Of a stretch of 43,329 nt of DNA, positions 10,101-21,753 are shown one piece after another (positions within the stretch are counted from its first letter, which is position 1; the number at the start of each line of letters is the position of its first letter). The stretch is from the NCBI GenBank assembly GCA_032718475.1, contig JAUCBJ010007983.1:1-43329 (forward strand). Reading direction: 5' to 3'. This DNA is from Nemertoderma westbladi. Lineage: Eukaryota; Animalia; Xenacoelomorpha. Under the pieces are notes generated by a model that saw nothing but the letters and a program-made list of their open reading frames with translations, was not told the origin of the DNA and searched no databases. The position numbers were made by a program, and so were the translations under genes.

Positions 10101-13100
10101 TTTACCGGTATGGTCATCAAAAGCTTTTAGAGGGATGGTCATCAAAGGCGTTTAGAGGGATGGTCATCAAAGGCTTTTAGAGGGGTGGTCATCAAAGGCT
10201 TTTAGAGGGATGGTCATCAAAGGCTTTTATATAGGGATGTTCATCAAAGGATTTTATATAGGGATGGTCATCAAAGGCTTTTACCGGTATGGTCATCAAA
10301 GGCTTTTAGAGGGATGGTCATCAAAGGCGTTTAGAGGGATGGTCATCAAAGGCTTTTAGAGGGATGGTCATCAAAGGCGTTTAGAGGGATGGTCATCAAA
10401 GGCTTTTATATAGGGATGGTCATCAAAGGATTTTATATAGGGATGGTCATCAAACGCTTTTAGAGGGATGGTCATCAAAGGCTTTTAGAGGGATGGTCAT
10501 CAAAGGCTTTTAGAGGGATGTTCATCAAAGGCGTTTAGAGGGATGGTCATCAAAGGCGTTTAGAGGGATGGTCATCAAAGGCTTTTATATAGGGATGTTC
10601 ATCAAAGGATTTTATATAGGGATGGTCATCAAAGGCTTTTAGAGGGATGGTCATCAAAGGCGTTTAGAGGGATGGTCATCAAAGGCTTTTACCGGTATGG
10701 TCATCAAAAGCTTTTAGAGGGATGGTCATCAAAGGCGTTTAGAGGGATGGTCATCAAAGGCTTTTAGAGGGGTGGTCATCAAAGGCTTTTAGAGGGATGG
10801 TCATCAAAGGCTTTTATATAGGGATGTTCATCAAAGGATTTTATATAGGGATGGTCATCAAAGGCTTTTACCGGTATGGTCATCAAAGGCTTTTAGAGGG
10901 ATGGTCATCAAAGGCGTTTAGAGGGATGGTCATCAAAGGCTTTTATATAGGGATGTTCATCAAAGGATTTTATATAGGGATGGTCATCAAAGGCGTTTAG
11001 AGGGATGGTCATCAAAGGCTTTTAGAGGGGTGGTCATCAAAGGCTTTTATATAGGGATGTTTATCAAAGGATTTTATATAGGGATGGTCATCAAAGGCGT
11101 TTAGAGGGATGGTCATCAAAGGCTTTTAGAGGGGTGGTCATCAAAGGATTTTATATAGGGATGGTCATCAAAGGATTTTACCGGTATGGTCATCAAAGGC
11201 TTTTAGAGGGATGTTCATCAAAGGATTTTATATAGGGATGGTCATCAAAGGATTTTATATAGGGATGTTCATCAAAGGCTTTTAGAGGGATGGTCATCAA
11301 AGGCTTTTAGAGGGGTGGTCATCAAAGGCTTTTAGAGGGATGGTCATCAAAGGCTTTTAGAGGGATGTTCATCAAAGGATTTTATATAGGGATGGTCATC
11401 AAAGGATTTTATATAGGGATGGTCATCAAAGGCTTTTAGAGGGATGGTCATCAAAGGCTTTTAGAGGGGTGGTCATCAAAGGCTTTTAGAGGGATGGTCA
11501 TCAAAGGCTTTTAGAGGGATGATCATCAAAGGCGTTTAGAGGGATGGTCATCAAAGGCTTTTATATAGGGATGTTCATCAAAGGATTTTATATAGGGATG
11601 GATGGTCATCAAAGGCTTTTAGAGGGATGGTCATCAAAGGCTTTTAGAGGGATGGTCATCAAAGGCGTTTAGAGGGGTGGTCATCAAAGGCGTTTAGAGG
11701 GATGGTCATCAAAGGCTTTTAGAGGGATGGTCATCAAAGGCTTTTATATAGGGATGTTCATCAAAGGATTTTATATAGGGATGGTCATCAAAGGATTTTA
11801 TATAGGGATGGTCATCAAAGGCTTTTAGAGGGATGGTCATCAAAGGCGTTTAGAGGGATGGTTATCAAAGGCTTTTAGAGGGGTGGTCATCAAAGGCGTT
11901 TAGAGGGATGGTCATCAAAGGCTTTTAGAGGGGTGGTCATCAAAGGCGTTTAGAGGGATGGTCATCAAAGGCTTTTAGAGGGATGGTCATCAAAGGCTTT
12001 TAGAGGGATGGTCATCAAAGGCTTTTAGAGGGATGGTCATCAAAGGCGTTTAGAGGGATGGTCATCAAAGGCTTTTAGAGGGGTGGTCATCAAAGGCTTT
12101 TATATAGGGATGTTCATCAAAGGATTTTATATAGGGATGGTCATCAAAGGCTTTTACCGGTATGGTCATCAAAGGCTTTTAGAGGGATGGTCATCAAAGG
12201 CTTTTAGAGGGATGGTCATCAAAGGCTTTTAGAGGGATGTTCATCAAAGGATTTTATATAGGGATGGTCATCAAAGGATTTTATATAGGGATGGTCATCA
12301 AAGGCTTTTAGAGGGATGGTCATCAAAGGCGTTTAGAGGGATGGTCATCAAAGGCTTTTATATAGGGATGTTCATCAAAGGATTTTATATAGGGATGGTC
12401 ATCAAAGGCTTTTAGAGGGATGGTCATCAAAGGCGTTTAGAGGGATGGTCATCAAAGGCTTTTACCGGTATGGTCATCAAAAGCTTTTAGAGGGATGGTC
12501 ATCAAAGGCGTTTAGAGGGATGGTCATCAAAGGCTTTTAGAGGGGTGGTCATCAAAGGCTTTTAGAGGGATGGTTATCAAAGGCTTTTATATAGGGATGT
12601 TCATCAAAGGATTTTATATAGGGATGGTCATCAAAGGCTTTTACCGGTATGGTCATCAAAGGCTTTTAGAGGGATGGTCATCAAAGGCGTTTAGAGGGAT
12701 GGTCATCAAAGGCTTTTAGAGGGATGGTCATCAAAGGCGTTTAGAGGGATGGTCATCAAAGGCTTTTATATAGGGATGGTCATCAAAGGATTTTATATAG
12801 GGATGGTCATCAAACGCTTTTAGAGGGATGGTCATCAAAGGCTTTTAGAGGGATGGTCATCAAAGGCTTTTAGAGGGATGTTCATCAAAGGCGTTTAGAG
12901 GGATGGTCATCAAAGGCGTTTAGAGGGATGGTCATCAAAGGCTTTTATATAGGGATGGTCATCAAAGGATTTTATATAGGGATGGTCATCAAAGGCTTTT
13001 AGAGGGATGTTCATCAAAGGCGTTTAGAGGGATGGTCATCAAAGGCGTTTAGAGGGATGGTCATCAAAGGCTTTTATATAGGGATGGTCATCAAACGATT

Positions 13101-14467
13101 TTATATAGGGATGTTCATCAAAGGCTTTTAGAGGGATGGTCATCAAAGGCGTTTAGAGGGATGGTCATCAAAGGCTTTTATATAGGGATGGTCATCAAAG
13201 GATTTTATATAGGGATGGTCATCAAAGGCTTTTAGAGGGATGGTCATCAAAGGCTTTTAGAGGGATGTTCATCAAAGGATTTTATATAGGGATGGTCATC
13301 AAAGGATTTTATATAGGGATGGTCATCAAAGGCTTTTAGAGGGATGGTCATCAAAGGCTTTTAGAGGGATGTTCATCAAAGGATTTTAGAGGGATGTTCA
13401 TCAAAGGATTTTATATAGGGATGGTCATCAAAGGCTTTTAGAGGGATGGTCATCAAAGGCTTTTAGAGGGATGTTCATCAAAGGATTTTATATAGGGATG
13501 GTCATCAAAGGCTTTTAGAGGGATGGTCATCAAAGGATTTTAGAGGGATGTTCATCAAAGGATTTTATATAGGGATGGTCATCAAAGGCTTTTAGAGGGA
13601 TGGTCATCAAAGGCTTTTAGAGGGATGTTCATCAAAGGATTTTATATAGGGATGGTCATCAAAGGCTTTTAGAGGGATGGTCATCAAAGGATTTTAGAGG
13701 GATGTTCATCAAAGGATTTTATATAGGGATGGTCATCAAAGGCTTTTAGAGGGATGGTCATCAAAGGCTTTTAGAGGGATGTTCATCAAAGGATTTTATA
13801 TAGGGATGGTCATCAAAAGATTTTATATAGGGATGTTCATCAAAGGATTTTATATAGGGATGGTCATCAAAGGCTTTTAGAGGGATGGTCATCAAAGGCT
13901 TTTAGAGGGATGTTCATCAAAGGATTTTATATAGGGATGGTCATCAAAGGATTTTATATAGGGATGTTCATCAAAGGATTTTATATAGGGATGGTCATCA
14001 AAGGATTTTATATAGGGATGGTCATCAAAGGCTTTTAGAGGGATGGTCATCAAAGGCTTTTAGAGGGATGTTCATCAAAGGATTTTATATAGGGATGGTC
14101 ATCAAAAGATTTTATATAGGGATGGTCATCAAAGGCTTTTAGAGGGATGGTCATCAAAGGCGTTTAGAGGGATGGTCATCAAAGGCTTTTATATAGGGAT
14201 GTTCATCAAAGGATTTTATATAGGGATGGTCATCAAAGGCTTTTAGAGGGATGGTCATCAAAGGCGTTTAGAGGGATGGTCATCAAAGGATTTTATATAG
14301 GGATGTTCATCAAAGGATTTTATATAGGGATGGTCATCAAAGGCTTTTACCGGTATGGTCATCAAAGGCTTTTAGAGGGATGGTCATCAAAGGCTTTTAG
14401 AGGGATGGTTATCAAAGGCTTTTATATAGGGATGTTCATCAAAGGATTTTATATAGGGATGGTCATC
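7107..14467. repeat. 25/27-bp minisatellite, left part (ATGGTCATCAAAGGCTTTTAGAGGG / ATGGTCATCAAAGGATTTTATATAGGG)
   Basis: Directly visible tandem array of roughly 285 units with a small set of interspersed variants. Confidence 0.98.
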
Positions 14468-14483
14468 AGGGATGGTCATATAG

Positions 14484-15834
14484 GGGTAGTCATTAGCAAA
14501 TCGCTGTCTACTGTACAAGAGATTACCTGTGGTGTACCGCAAGGTAGTATATTAGGTCCTCTGCTTTTTGTATGCTATGTAAATGATATGATAAGTAGTA
14601 TAGATCCCGATTTTAAACTCATTTTATATGCCGACGACAGTGCTCTTATTTTCTCTCATAAAGATCCTATCCATATTTCCCAAAAGTTAAGTGCAGTTCT
14701 AGAATCCTGTAATGAGTGGTTGGTTGATAATAAGCTATCCATTCACTACGGTAAAACTGAAAGTATTTTGTTTGGTTCCAAAAGAAAGTTAAAGAAGGTA
14801 ACTAAGTTTGAAGTCACTAGTAATGGACATAAGATTGAAAATAAAAAGGAAGTTAAATATTTAGGCGCCACATTGGATAACTGCTTATCAGGAGAAAGTA
14901 CAGTGAAAAATATTTTCTCGAAAGTTAACAGTAGGCTTAGGTTTCTATACAGAAATAAAAATAGTTTGAACACCGACTCCCGCAAGTTACTTTGCTCTTC
15001 TTTAATACAGTGTCACATGGACTATGCGTGCTCTTCTTGGTATGAAGGCTTAACCAAACAGTTTAAATGTAAATTACAAGTAGCTCAGAATAAAGTAGTA
15101 CGATTTATTAAAGACTACAAACCTAGGCACCACCTAACTCCAGATGACTTTTCTGAATCTGGACTACTTAACTTAGATAGTAGAGTTAAGCAGCTACGCC
15201 TTAACCATGTGCATAAAGTGTATAATGGTAAATGTCCCAATTACCTAAAACAAAAATTCAACAGAGTACGCGATACACACTCTTACAGTACCAGAGCTAG
15301 TGCTTCAAACTTCTACCTCCCGAATTGTAAATCCTTCGAATCTGATACTTTCTTTTTTAACGGCATTAAAAATTGGAACGCTCTGCCTAATGAAATTAAA
15401 AACCTAAATAATCAACATTCTTTTAAATCTGCAGTTAAATCTCACATCCGTGTGCAATGTAAAAATAGGTACAATAGTCCTACAGTAAGTTATTAGCTTA
15501 TTAATTATTTACTATTTATACTGTAATTACGTTTTATAATAAATTGTTCTGTACATTACATCTTTATCGTTGAGTCGGGCATTGTCACGCTCTCGGTAAA
15601 GTTGTACATGTACATAGTGTAATTACGTTTTATATTGGTTTTAGGTTAGCGTAGTGTAATATTGTATTTGTAACCAAGTAACATAAAGGACCCCCTTGGA
15701 AATAAGCTGCAAAGCTTTAGGGGTAATCCTATATGTTATGTTGGACAATACCTTTATACCGGTACATTGTTTGGTGTATTTGTTATTGTTTTTACATAAT
15801 GTATAAATAAATCTATCTATCTATCTATCTATCT
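14484..15834 (+). mobile_element. 5'-truncated non-LTR retrotransposon, L2/Crack (CR1 group) type, inserted in the satellite
   Basis: RT C-terminal half, then a 3' UTR with a GGACCCCCTTGGAAATAAG...GGGGTAATCC stem-loop (15688-15729), AATAAA and an (ATCT)6 tail. The satellite resumes at 15835. Confidence 0.92.
14486..15496 (+). pseudogene. Reverse transcriptase fragment (ORF2 C-terminus) of the LINE; uninterrupted but lacking its 5' part
   Basis: CGVPQGSILGPLLF, LYADDS, KYLG, DYACSSW and HSYSTR...WNALP motifs. The first ~70 aa of the ORF-track call (14276 start) are translated satellite. Confidence 0.92.
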
Positions 15835-17495
15835 AAAGGCGTTTAGAGGGATGGTCAACAAAGGCTTTTAGAGGGATGGTCATCAAAGGCTTTTACCGGT
15901 ATGGTCATCAAAGGCTTTTAGAGGGATGGTCATCAAAGGCTTTTAGAGGGATGTTTATCAAAGGATTTTATATAGGGATGGTCATCAAAGGATTTTATAT
16001 AGGGATGGTCATCAACGGCTTTTAGAGGGATGGTCATCAAAGGCTTTTAGAGGGATGGTCATCAAAGGCGTTTAGAGGGATGGTCATCAAAGGCTTTTAG
16101 AGGGGTGGTCATCAAAGGCGTTTAGAGGGATGGTCATCAAAGGCTTTTAGAGGGATGGTCATCAAAGGCTTTTAGAGGGATGGTCATCAAAGGCTTTTAG
16201 AGGGATGGTCATCAAAGGCTTTTAGAGGGATGGTCATCAAAGGCGTTTAGAGGGATGGTCATCAAAGGCTTTTAGAGGGATGGTCATCAAAGGCTTTTAC
16301 CGGTATGGTCATCAAAGGCTTTTAGAGGGATGGTCATCAAAGGCTTTTAGAGGGATGTTCATCAAAGGATTTTATATAGGGATGGTCATCAAAGGATTTT
16401 ATATAGGGATGGTCATCAACGGCTTTTAGAGGGATGGTCATCAAAGGCTTTTAGAGGGATGGTCATCAAAGGCGTTTAGAGGGATGGTCATCAAAGGCTT
16501 TTAGAGGGGTGGTCATCAAAGGCGTTTAGAGGGATGGTCATCAAAGGCTTTTAGAGGGATGGTCATCAAAGGCTTTTATATAGGGATGTTCATCAAAGGA
16601 TTTTATATAGGGATGGTCATCAAAGGATTTTATATAGGGATGGTCATCAAAGGCTTTTAGAGGGATGGTCATCAAAGGCGTTTAGAGGGATGGTTATCAA
16701 AGGCTTTTAGAGGGGTGGTCATCAAAGGCGTTTAGAGGGATGGTCATCAAAGGCTTTTAGAGGGGTGGTCATCAAAGGCGTTTAGAGGGATGGTCATCAA
16801 AGGCTTTTAGAGGGATGGTCATCAAAGGCTTTTAGAGGGATGGTCATCAAAGGCTTTTAGAGGGATGGTTATCAAAGGCTTTTATATAGGGATGGTCATC
16901 AAAGGCTTTTATATAGGGATGGTCATCAAAGGCTTTTAGAGGGATGGTCATCAAAGGCTGTTAGAGGGATGGTCATCAAAGGCTTTTATTTAGGGATGTT
17001 CATCAAAGGATTTTATATAGGGATGGTCATCAAAGGATTTTATATAGGGATGGTCATCAAAGGCTTTTAGAGGGATGGTCATCAAAGGCGTTTAGAGGGA
17101 TGGTTATCAAAGGCTTTTAGAGGGGTGGTCATCAAAGGCGTTTAAAGGGATGGTCATCAAAGGCTTTTAGAGGGGTGGTCATCAAAGGCGTTTAGAGGGA
17201 TGGTCATCAAAGGCTTTTAGAGGGATGGTCATCAAAGGCTTTTAGAGGGATGGTCATCAAAGGCTTTTAGAGGGATGGTCATCAAAGGCTTTTATATAGG
17301 GATGGTCATCAAAGGCTTTTATATAGGGATGGTCATCAAAGGCTTTTAGAGGGATGGTCATCAAAGGCTTTTAGAGGGATGGTCATCAAAGGCTTTTAGA
17401 GGGATGGTCATCAAAGGCTTTTAGAGGGATGGTTGGTCATCAAAGGCTTTTATATAGGGATGGTCATCAAAGGCTTTTAGAGGGATGGTCATCAA
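15835..17495. repeat. 25/27-bp minisatellite, right part
   Basis: Same unit as 7107-14467, roughly 65 units. Confidence 0.98.
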
Positions 17496-17869
17496 GTTCT
17501 CAAAATTTCACCATTTGCGCACAATGACATCTTGAATCGATCATATTACCAGAATTTTGATAAATACTTTTGTTCAAAACTTATATAAAAAAACCTATTT
17601 TTTGCCGGATTTTCGATAGATTTCTCCATTTTTTGGCTAAAAATTGCAACATTTTGTTAAATATTTCAGCTATAACAAAGAATATTAAAAAAGTGGTAAT
17701 AGGAGGAGCATCACCCAGTCATCATTCGTGCCAAATTTCACAAGAATTTGTTCATTTTTGGTAAAAGTCTTTGCATTTCGAAATTTAAAATTTGCATTCT
17801 TCAGAAAACATTTTTAAAGTTTATCGTTAGGTTAATTTAATTAATGCAAATGTTAGAATGCACACAACA

Positions 17870-18600
17870 CAGTTTTCCGGGTCGCTTTCAGGGTTTTCCG
17901 GGTCGCTGATTTCATTTCTGAAGTCAGTTTTCTCATTTGACTGCGTCATATCTGTCTAAAATGATGTCGGTCTGTCCGTCAAAATATGACCGATAGCTTA
18001 ACAGACAAACAGACAATGTTGATTCCGTAATACATAAAAACTGACATCGGAAATGAAATCACCAACCATTAAAACCCCCATAACATGATTTTTAGCTAGT
18101 TGGTATGCTTTCCTATTGCTATTACTTTGACGGACAGATCGCTGGACAGACAGAAAAACCGACAGATAGACATATTAGGTTTGGTTAAAAGAGAAAACTG
18201 ACGTCGGAAACTAAATCAGCAGCCAGGATAACCTCCATAACAAAACTTTTAGCTTGGTGGAATGCTTTCCTAAATTTAGACAGACATACAGACGGACATA
18301 CAAACAGACAGACATAATATACTTTTCTAAATATGAAAACTGACATCGGAATTGAAATCAGAGACCAGGAAAAACACAACAAAAAAAGTTTTAGCTTGAT
18401 GGTATGATGTCCTTATATTTAGACAGACATAAAGTCATAATAGTTTTTGTTAAAAAGTGAAAACTAACGTTTGGAATGAAATTAGCGACCATGAAAACTC
18501 TCATTACAAAACTTTTCTCCAGGATAAATGCTTTTGTTACATGTTGACAGACAAACTGTCAGAAACACAATTCCAGACAGACACTTTTCACAGACATTTA
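17870..18600. repeat. Diverged ~120-157-bp repeat family (GAAAACTGACATCGGAAATGAAATCAG.. + CAGA runs), probable non-autonomous DNA element remnant
   Basis: Direct copies at ~18037, 18194, 18336 and 18459; one inverted copy at ~17891-17935; same family at 32760-33500. Confidence 0.75.
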
Positions 18601-18634
18601 CGCAGAGTAAGGTTAACATTATCACTCATAACTT

Positions 18635-19460
18635 CATACTAACTATAACTCCACAGAGTGTGTCTAAGGTGTCGTAGCACGCCATACTAACTGTAACTCC
18701 AGACAGTGTGTCTAAGGTGTTACAGCACGCCATACTAACTATAACTCCAGACAGTGTGTCTAAGGTGTCACAGCACGCCATACTAACTATAACTCCACAG
18801 AGTGTGTCTAAGTTGTCACAGCACGCCATACTAACTATAACTCCAGACAGTGTGTCTAAGGTGTCACAGCACGCCATACTAACTATAACTCCACAGAGTG
18901 TGTCTAAGGTGTCGTAGCACGCCATACTAACTGTAACTCCAGACAGTGTGTCTAAGGTGTCACAGCACGCCATACTAACTATAACTCCACAGAGTGTGTC
19001 TAAGGTGTCACAGCACGCCATACTAACTATAACTCCAGACAGTGTGTCTAAGGTGTCACAGCACGCCATACTAACTATAACTCCACAGAGTGTGTCTAAG
19101 GTGTCACAACACGCCATATTAACTATAACTCCAGACAGTGTGTCTAAGGTGTTACAGCACGCCATACTAACTATAACTCCACACAGTGTGTCTAAGGTGT
19201 CACAGCACGCCATACTAACTATAACTCCAGACAGTGTGTCTAAGGTGTTACAGCACGCCATACTAACTGTAACTCCTCACAGTATGTCTAAGGTGTCACA
19301 GCACGCCATACTAACTGTAACTCCAGACAGTGTGTCTAAGGTGTCACAGCACGCCATACTAACTATAACTCCAGACAGTGTGTCTAAGGTGTCACAGCAC
19401 GCCATACTAACTATAACTCCAGACAGTGTGTCTAAGGTGTCACAGCACGCCATACTAACT
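18635..19460. repeat. 48-bp minisatellite (CATACTAACTATAACTCCAGACAGTGTGTCTAAGGTGTCACAGCACGC), ~17 copies
   Basis: Visible tandem array; 16-aa periodicity in the ORF track. Confidence 0.97.
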
Positions 19461-19660
19461 ACTGTGTAACTCTAAATAGCGGTTTTGTTTTAGGTATTAC
19501 TAAATTAGTACATTTTGTTTAGTTAAGTAAAATATTTTATAAATTAACCCAGATTATCTGTTTAATGTCCCAAAAAACATGACGTCTAATGGCACTAAAT
19601 CTAATTATTTCATTGTCCAGCTCTGTCTTCACTTCACCATCTTATACTTTTTTCATTTAG

Positions 19661-19873
19661 AAATTTGCCGTGGTCCGTCGTTATTTGTTATCCAGCAACC
19701 TCCAACGTAACTCGGACTTGTCGTCGTTCAACTTAGCCGACGCGACTCGCATAATATCCGGGACGCCTTCCAGTAATCTTATAGCGACGCCGATTACAGA
19801 AGTTATTCGTAAAGAATTCGCAGAACCCGAATTGCAACTACAATATACTCAACTTAGCATTATATTAGCAGGG
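19661..19873 (+). CDS. Internal exon A of mesothelin/otoancorin/stereocilin-like host gene
   Basis: TTTTTTCATTTAG acceptor; open frame KFAVVRRYLL...QLSIILAG; GTTAG donor followed by AT-rich intron; phase 0/0. Confidence 0.7.
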
Positions 19874-20000
19874 GTTAGCTTATTTATATTTATATTTATT
19901 ACATTACAATGTAATATTAATAGTTCTAATAATTGGTTTTAGTTTTTAGCTTATTACTGTCATATTTATTTAAATGTAGTTGTTTATTAATATTTTTTAG

Positions 20001-20141
20001 TTCGATGATTCAAATGGTATGTTAACCTTGGGAAGGACTATGCCAACTCATCTTCCTTTGAAAACCTTCCTTGACTTTGATCCGGGGACCTTAAAGGATC
20101 TAAGTAGTGACCTCGGCAAAATTGATTTACAACCTTTTCAG
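20001..20141 (+). CDS. Internal exon B of host gene
   Basis: TATTTTTTAG acceptor; 47 codons FDDSNGMLTLGRTMPTHLPLKTFLDFDPGTLKDLSSDLGKIDLQPFQ; CAG|GTAAGT donor; phase 0/0; not in the ORF track. Confidence 0.85.
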
Positions 20142-21444
20142 GTAAGTCTCGATTGGTAAGTCTCGGTTGGTAAGTCAGGTAAGTCTCGGTTGGTAAGTCA
20201 GGTAAGTCTCGGTTGGTAAGTCAGGTAAGTCTCGAATGGTAAGTCAGGTAAGTCTCGGTTGGTAAGTCAGGTAAGTCAGGTAAGTCTCGGTTGGTAAGTC
20301 AGGTAATTCTCGGTTGGTAAGTCAGGTAAGTCTCGGTTGGTAAGTCTCGGTTGGTAAGTCAGGTAAGTCTCGGTTGGTAAGTCAGGTGAGTCTCGGTTGG
20401 TAAGTCAGGTGAGTCTCGGTTGGTTCTCGGTTGGTAAGTCTCGGTTGGTAAGTCAGGTAAGTCTCGGTTGGTTCGCGGTTGGTAAGTCTCGGTTGGTTCG
20501 CGGTTGGTAAGTCTCGGTTGGTAAGTCAGGTAAGTCTCGGTTGGTAAGTCAGGTAAGTCTCAGTTGGTAAGTCAGGTAAGTCTCGGTTGGTAAGTCAGGT
20601 AAGTCTCGGTTGGTAAGTCAGGTGAGTCTCGGTTGGTTCTCGGTTGGTAAGTCTCGGTTGGTAAGTCAGGTAAGTCTCGGTTGGTAAGTCAGGTGAGTCT
20701 CGGTTGGTTCGCGGTTGGTAAGTCAGGTAAGTCTCGGTTGGTAAGTCAGGTAAGTCTCGGTTGGTAAGTCAGGTAAGTCTCGGTTGGTAAGTCAGGTAAG
20801 TCTCGGTTGGTAAGTTTCGGTTGGTAAGTTGGTTATCGGTTGGTAAGTCTCGGTTGGTAAGTCAGGTAAGTCTCGGTTGGTAAGTCAGGTAAGTCTCGGT
20901 TGGTAAGTCAGGTGAGTCTCGGTTGGTTCGCGGTTGGTAAGTCAGGTAAGTCTCGGTTGGTAAGTCAGGTAAGTCTCGGTTGGTAAGTCAGGTAAGTCTC
21001 GGTTGGTAAGTCTCGGTTGGTAAGTCAGGTAAGTCTCGGTTGGTAAGTCATGTAAGTCTCGGTTGGTAAGTCAGGTGAGTCTCGGTTGGTTCTCGGTTGG
21101 TAAGTCTCGGTTGTTAAGTCAGGTAAGTCTCGGTTGGCAAGTCAGGTAAGTCTCGGTTGGTAAGTCAGGTATGTCTCGGTTGGTAAGTCAGGTGAGTCTC
21201 GGTTGGTTCGCGGTTGGTAAGTCAGGTAAGTCTCGGTTGGTTCTCGGTTGGTAAGTCAGGTAAGTCTCGGTTGGTTCTCGGTTGGTAAGTCAGGTAAGTC
21301 TCGGTTGGTTCTCGGTTGGTAAGTCAGGTAAGTCTCGGTTGGTTCTCGGTTGGTAAGTCAGGTAAGTCTCGGTTGGTTCTCGGTTGGTAAGTCAGGTAAG
21401 TCTCGGTTGGTTCTCGGTTGGTAAGTCAGGTAAGTCTCGGTTGG
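20139..21444 (+). repeat. ~23-bp tandem repeat made of 5' splice-site consensus (CAGGTAAGTCTCGGTTGGTAAGT)
   Basis: The array starts exactly at the exon B donor and is built from modules CAG/GTRAGT/CTCGGTTG. Confidence 0.97.
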
Positions 21445-21532
21445 TTTTATTTCTCTATATAGGCTCGGTTGGTTTTATTTCTCTATATACGCTCGGTTGG
21501 TTTTATTTCTCTATATAGGCTCGGTTGGTTTT
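21436..21532 (+). repeat. 28-bp triplication of the 3' splice site (GCTCGGTTGGTTTTATTTCTCTATATAG)
   Basis: Copies end in AG (21462), AC (21490) and AG (21518). Confidence 0.92.
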
Positions 21533-21653
21533 TGAGAAGTTACTTATTTCCGCGAAAACCGAAGACCCCAATTATGTGCTGAATTACAAAACAATTCGAA
21601 AACTTGGGAAGTTAGTCGACGGTTTGACTGGGAAACACTTTAAACCAGACAAG
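21519..21653 (+). CDS. Internal exon C of host gene
   Basis: TTTCTCTATATAG acceptor; ARLVFEKLLISAKTEDPNYVLNYKTIRKLGKLVDGLTGKHFKPDK; AAG|GTGAGT donor; phase 0/0; the IxxLGxLxxGL motif fits the family's helical repeat. Confidence 0.85.
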
Positions 21654-21753
21654 GTGAGTGGGAATGTAAGTTATGGAGCAATCGGATCTGGCAATACTGT
21701 AGAAGAATCAGTTAAATGTATTAGATTGGCTTAGGGTTCGGGTTACAGGCCAA

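Noticed and set aside
14276-14485. Novel repeat-containing N-terminus of the RT ORF
   Set aside because: Chance open frame through satellite upstream of a 5'-truncated LINE; a near-identical peptide appears at 10797-11000.
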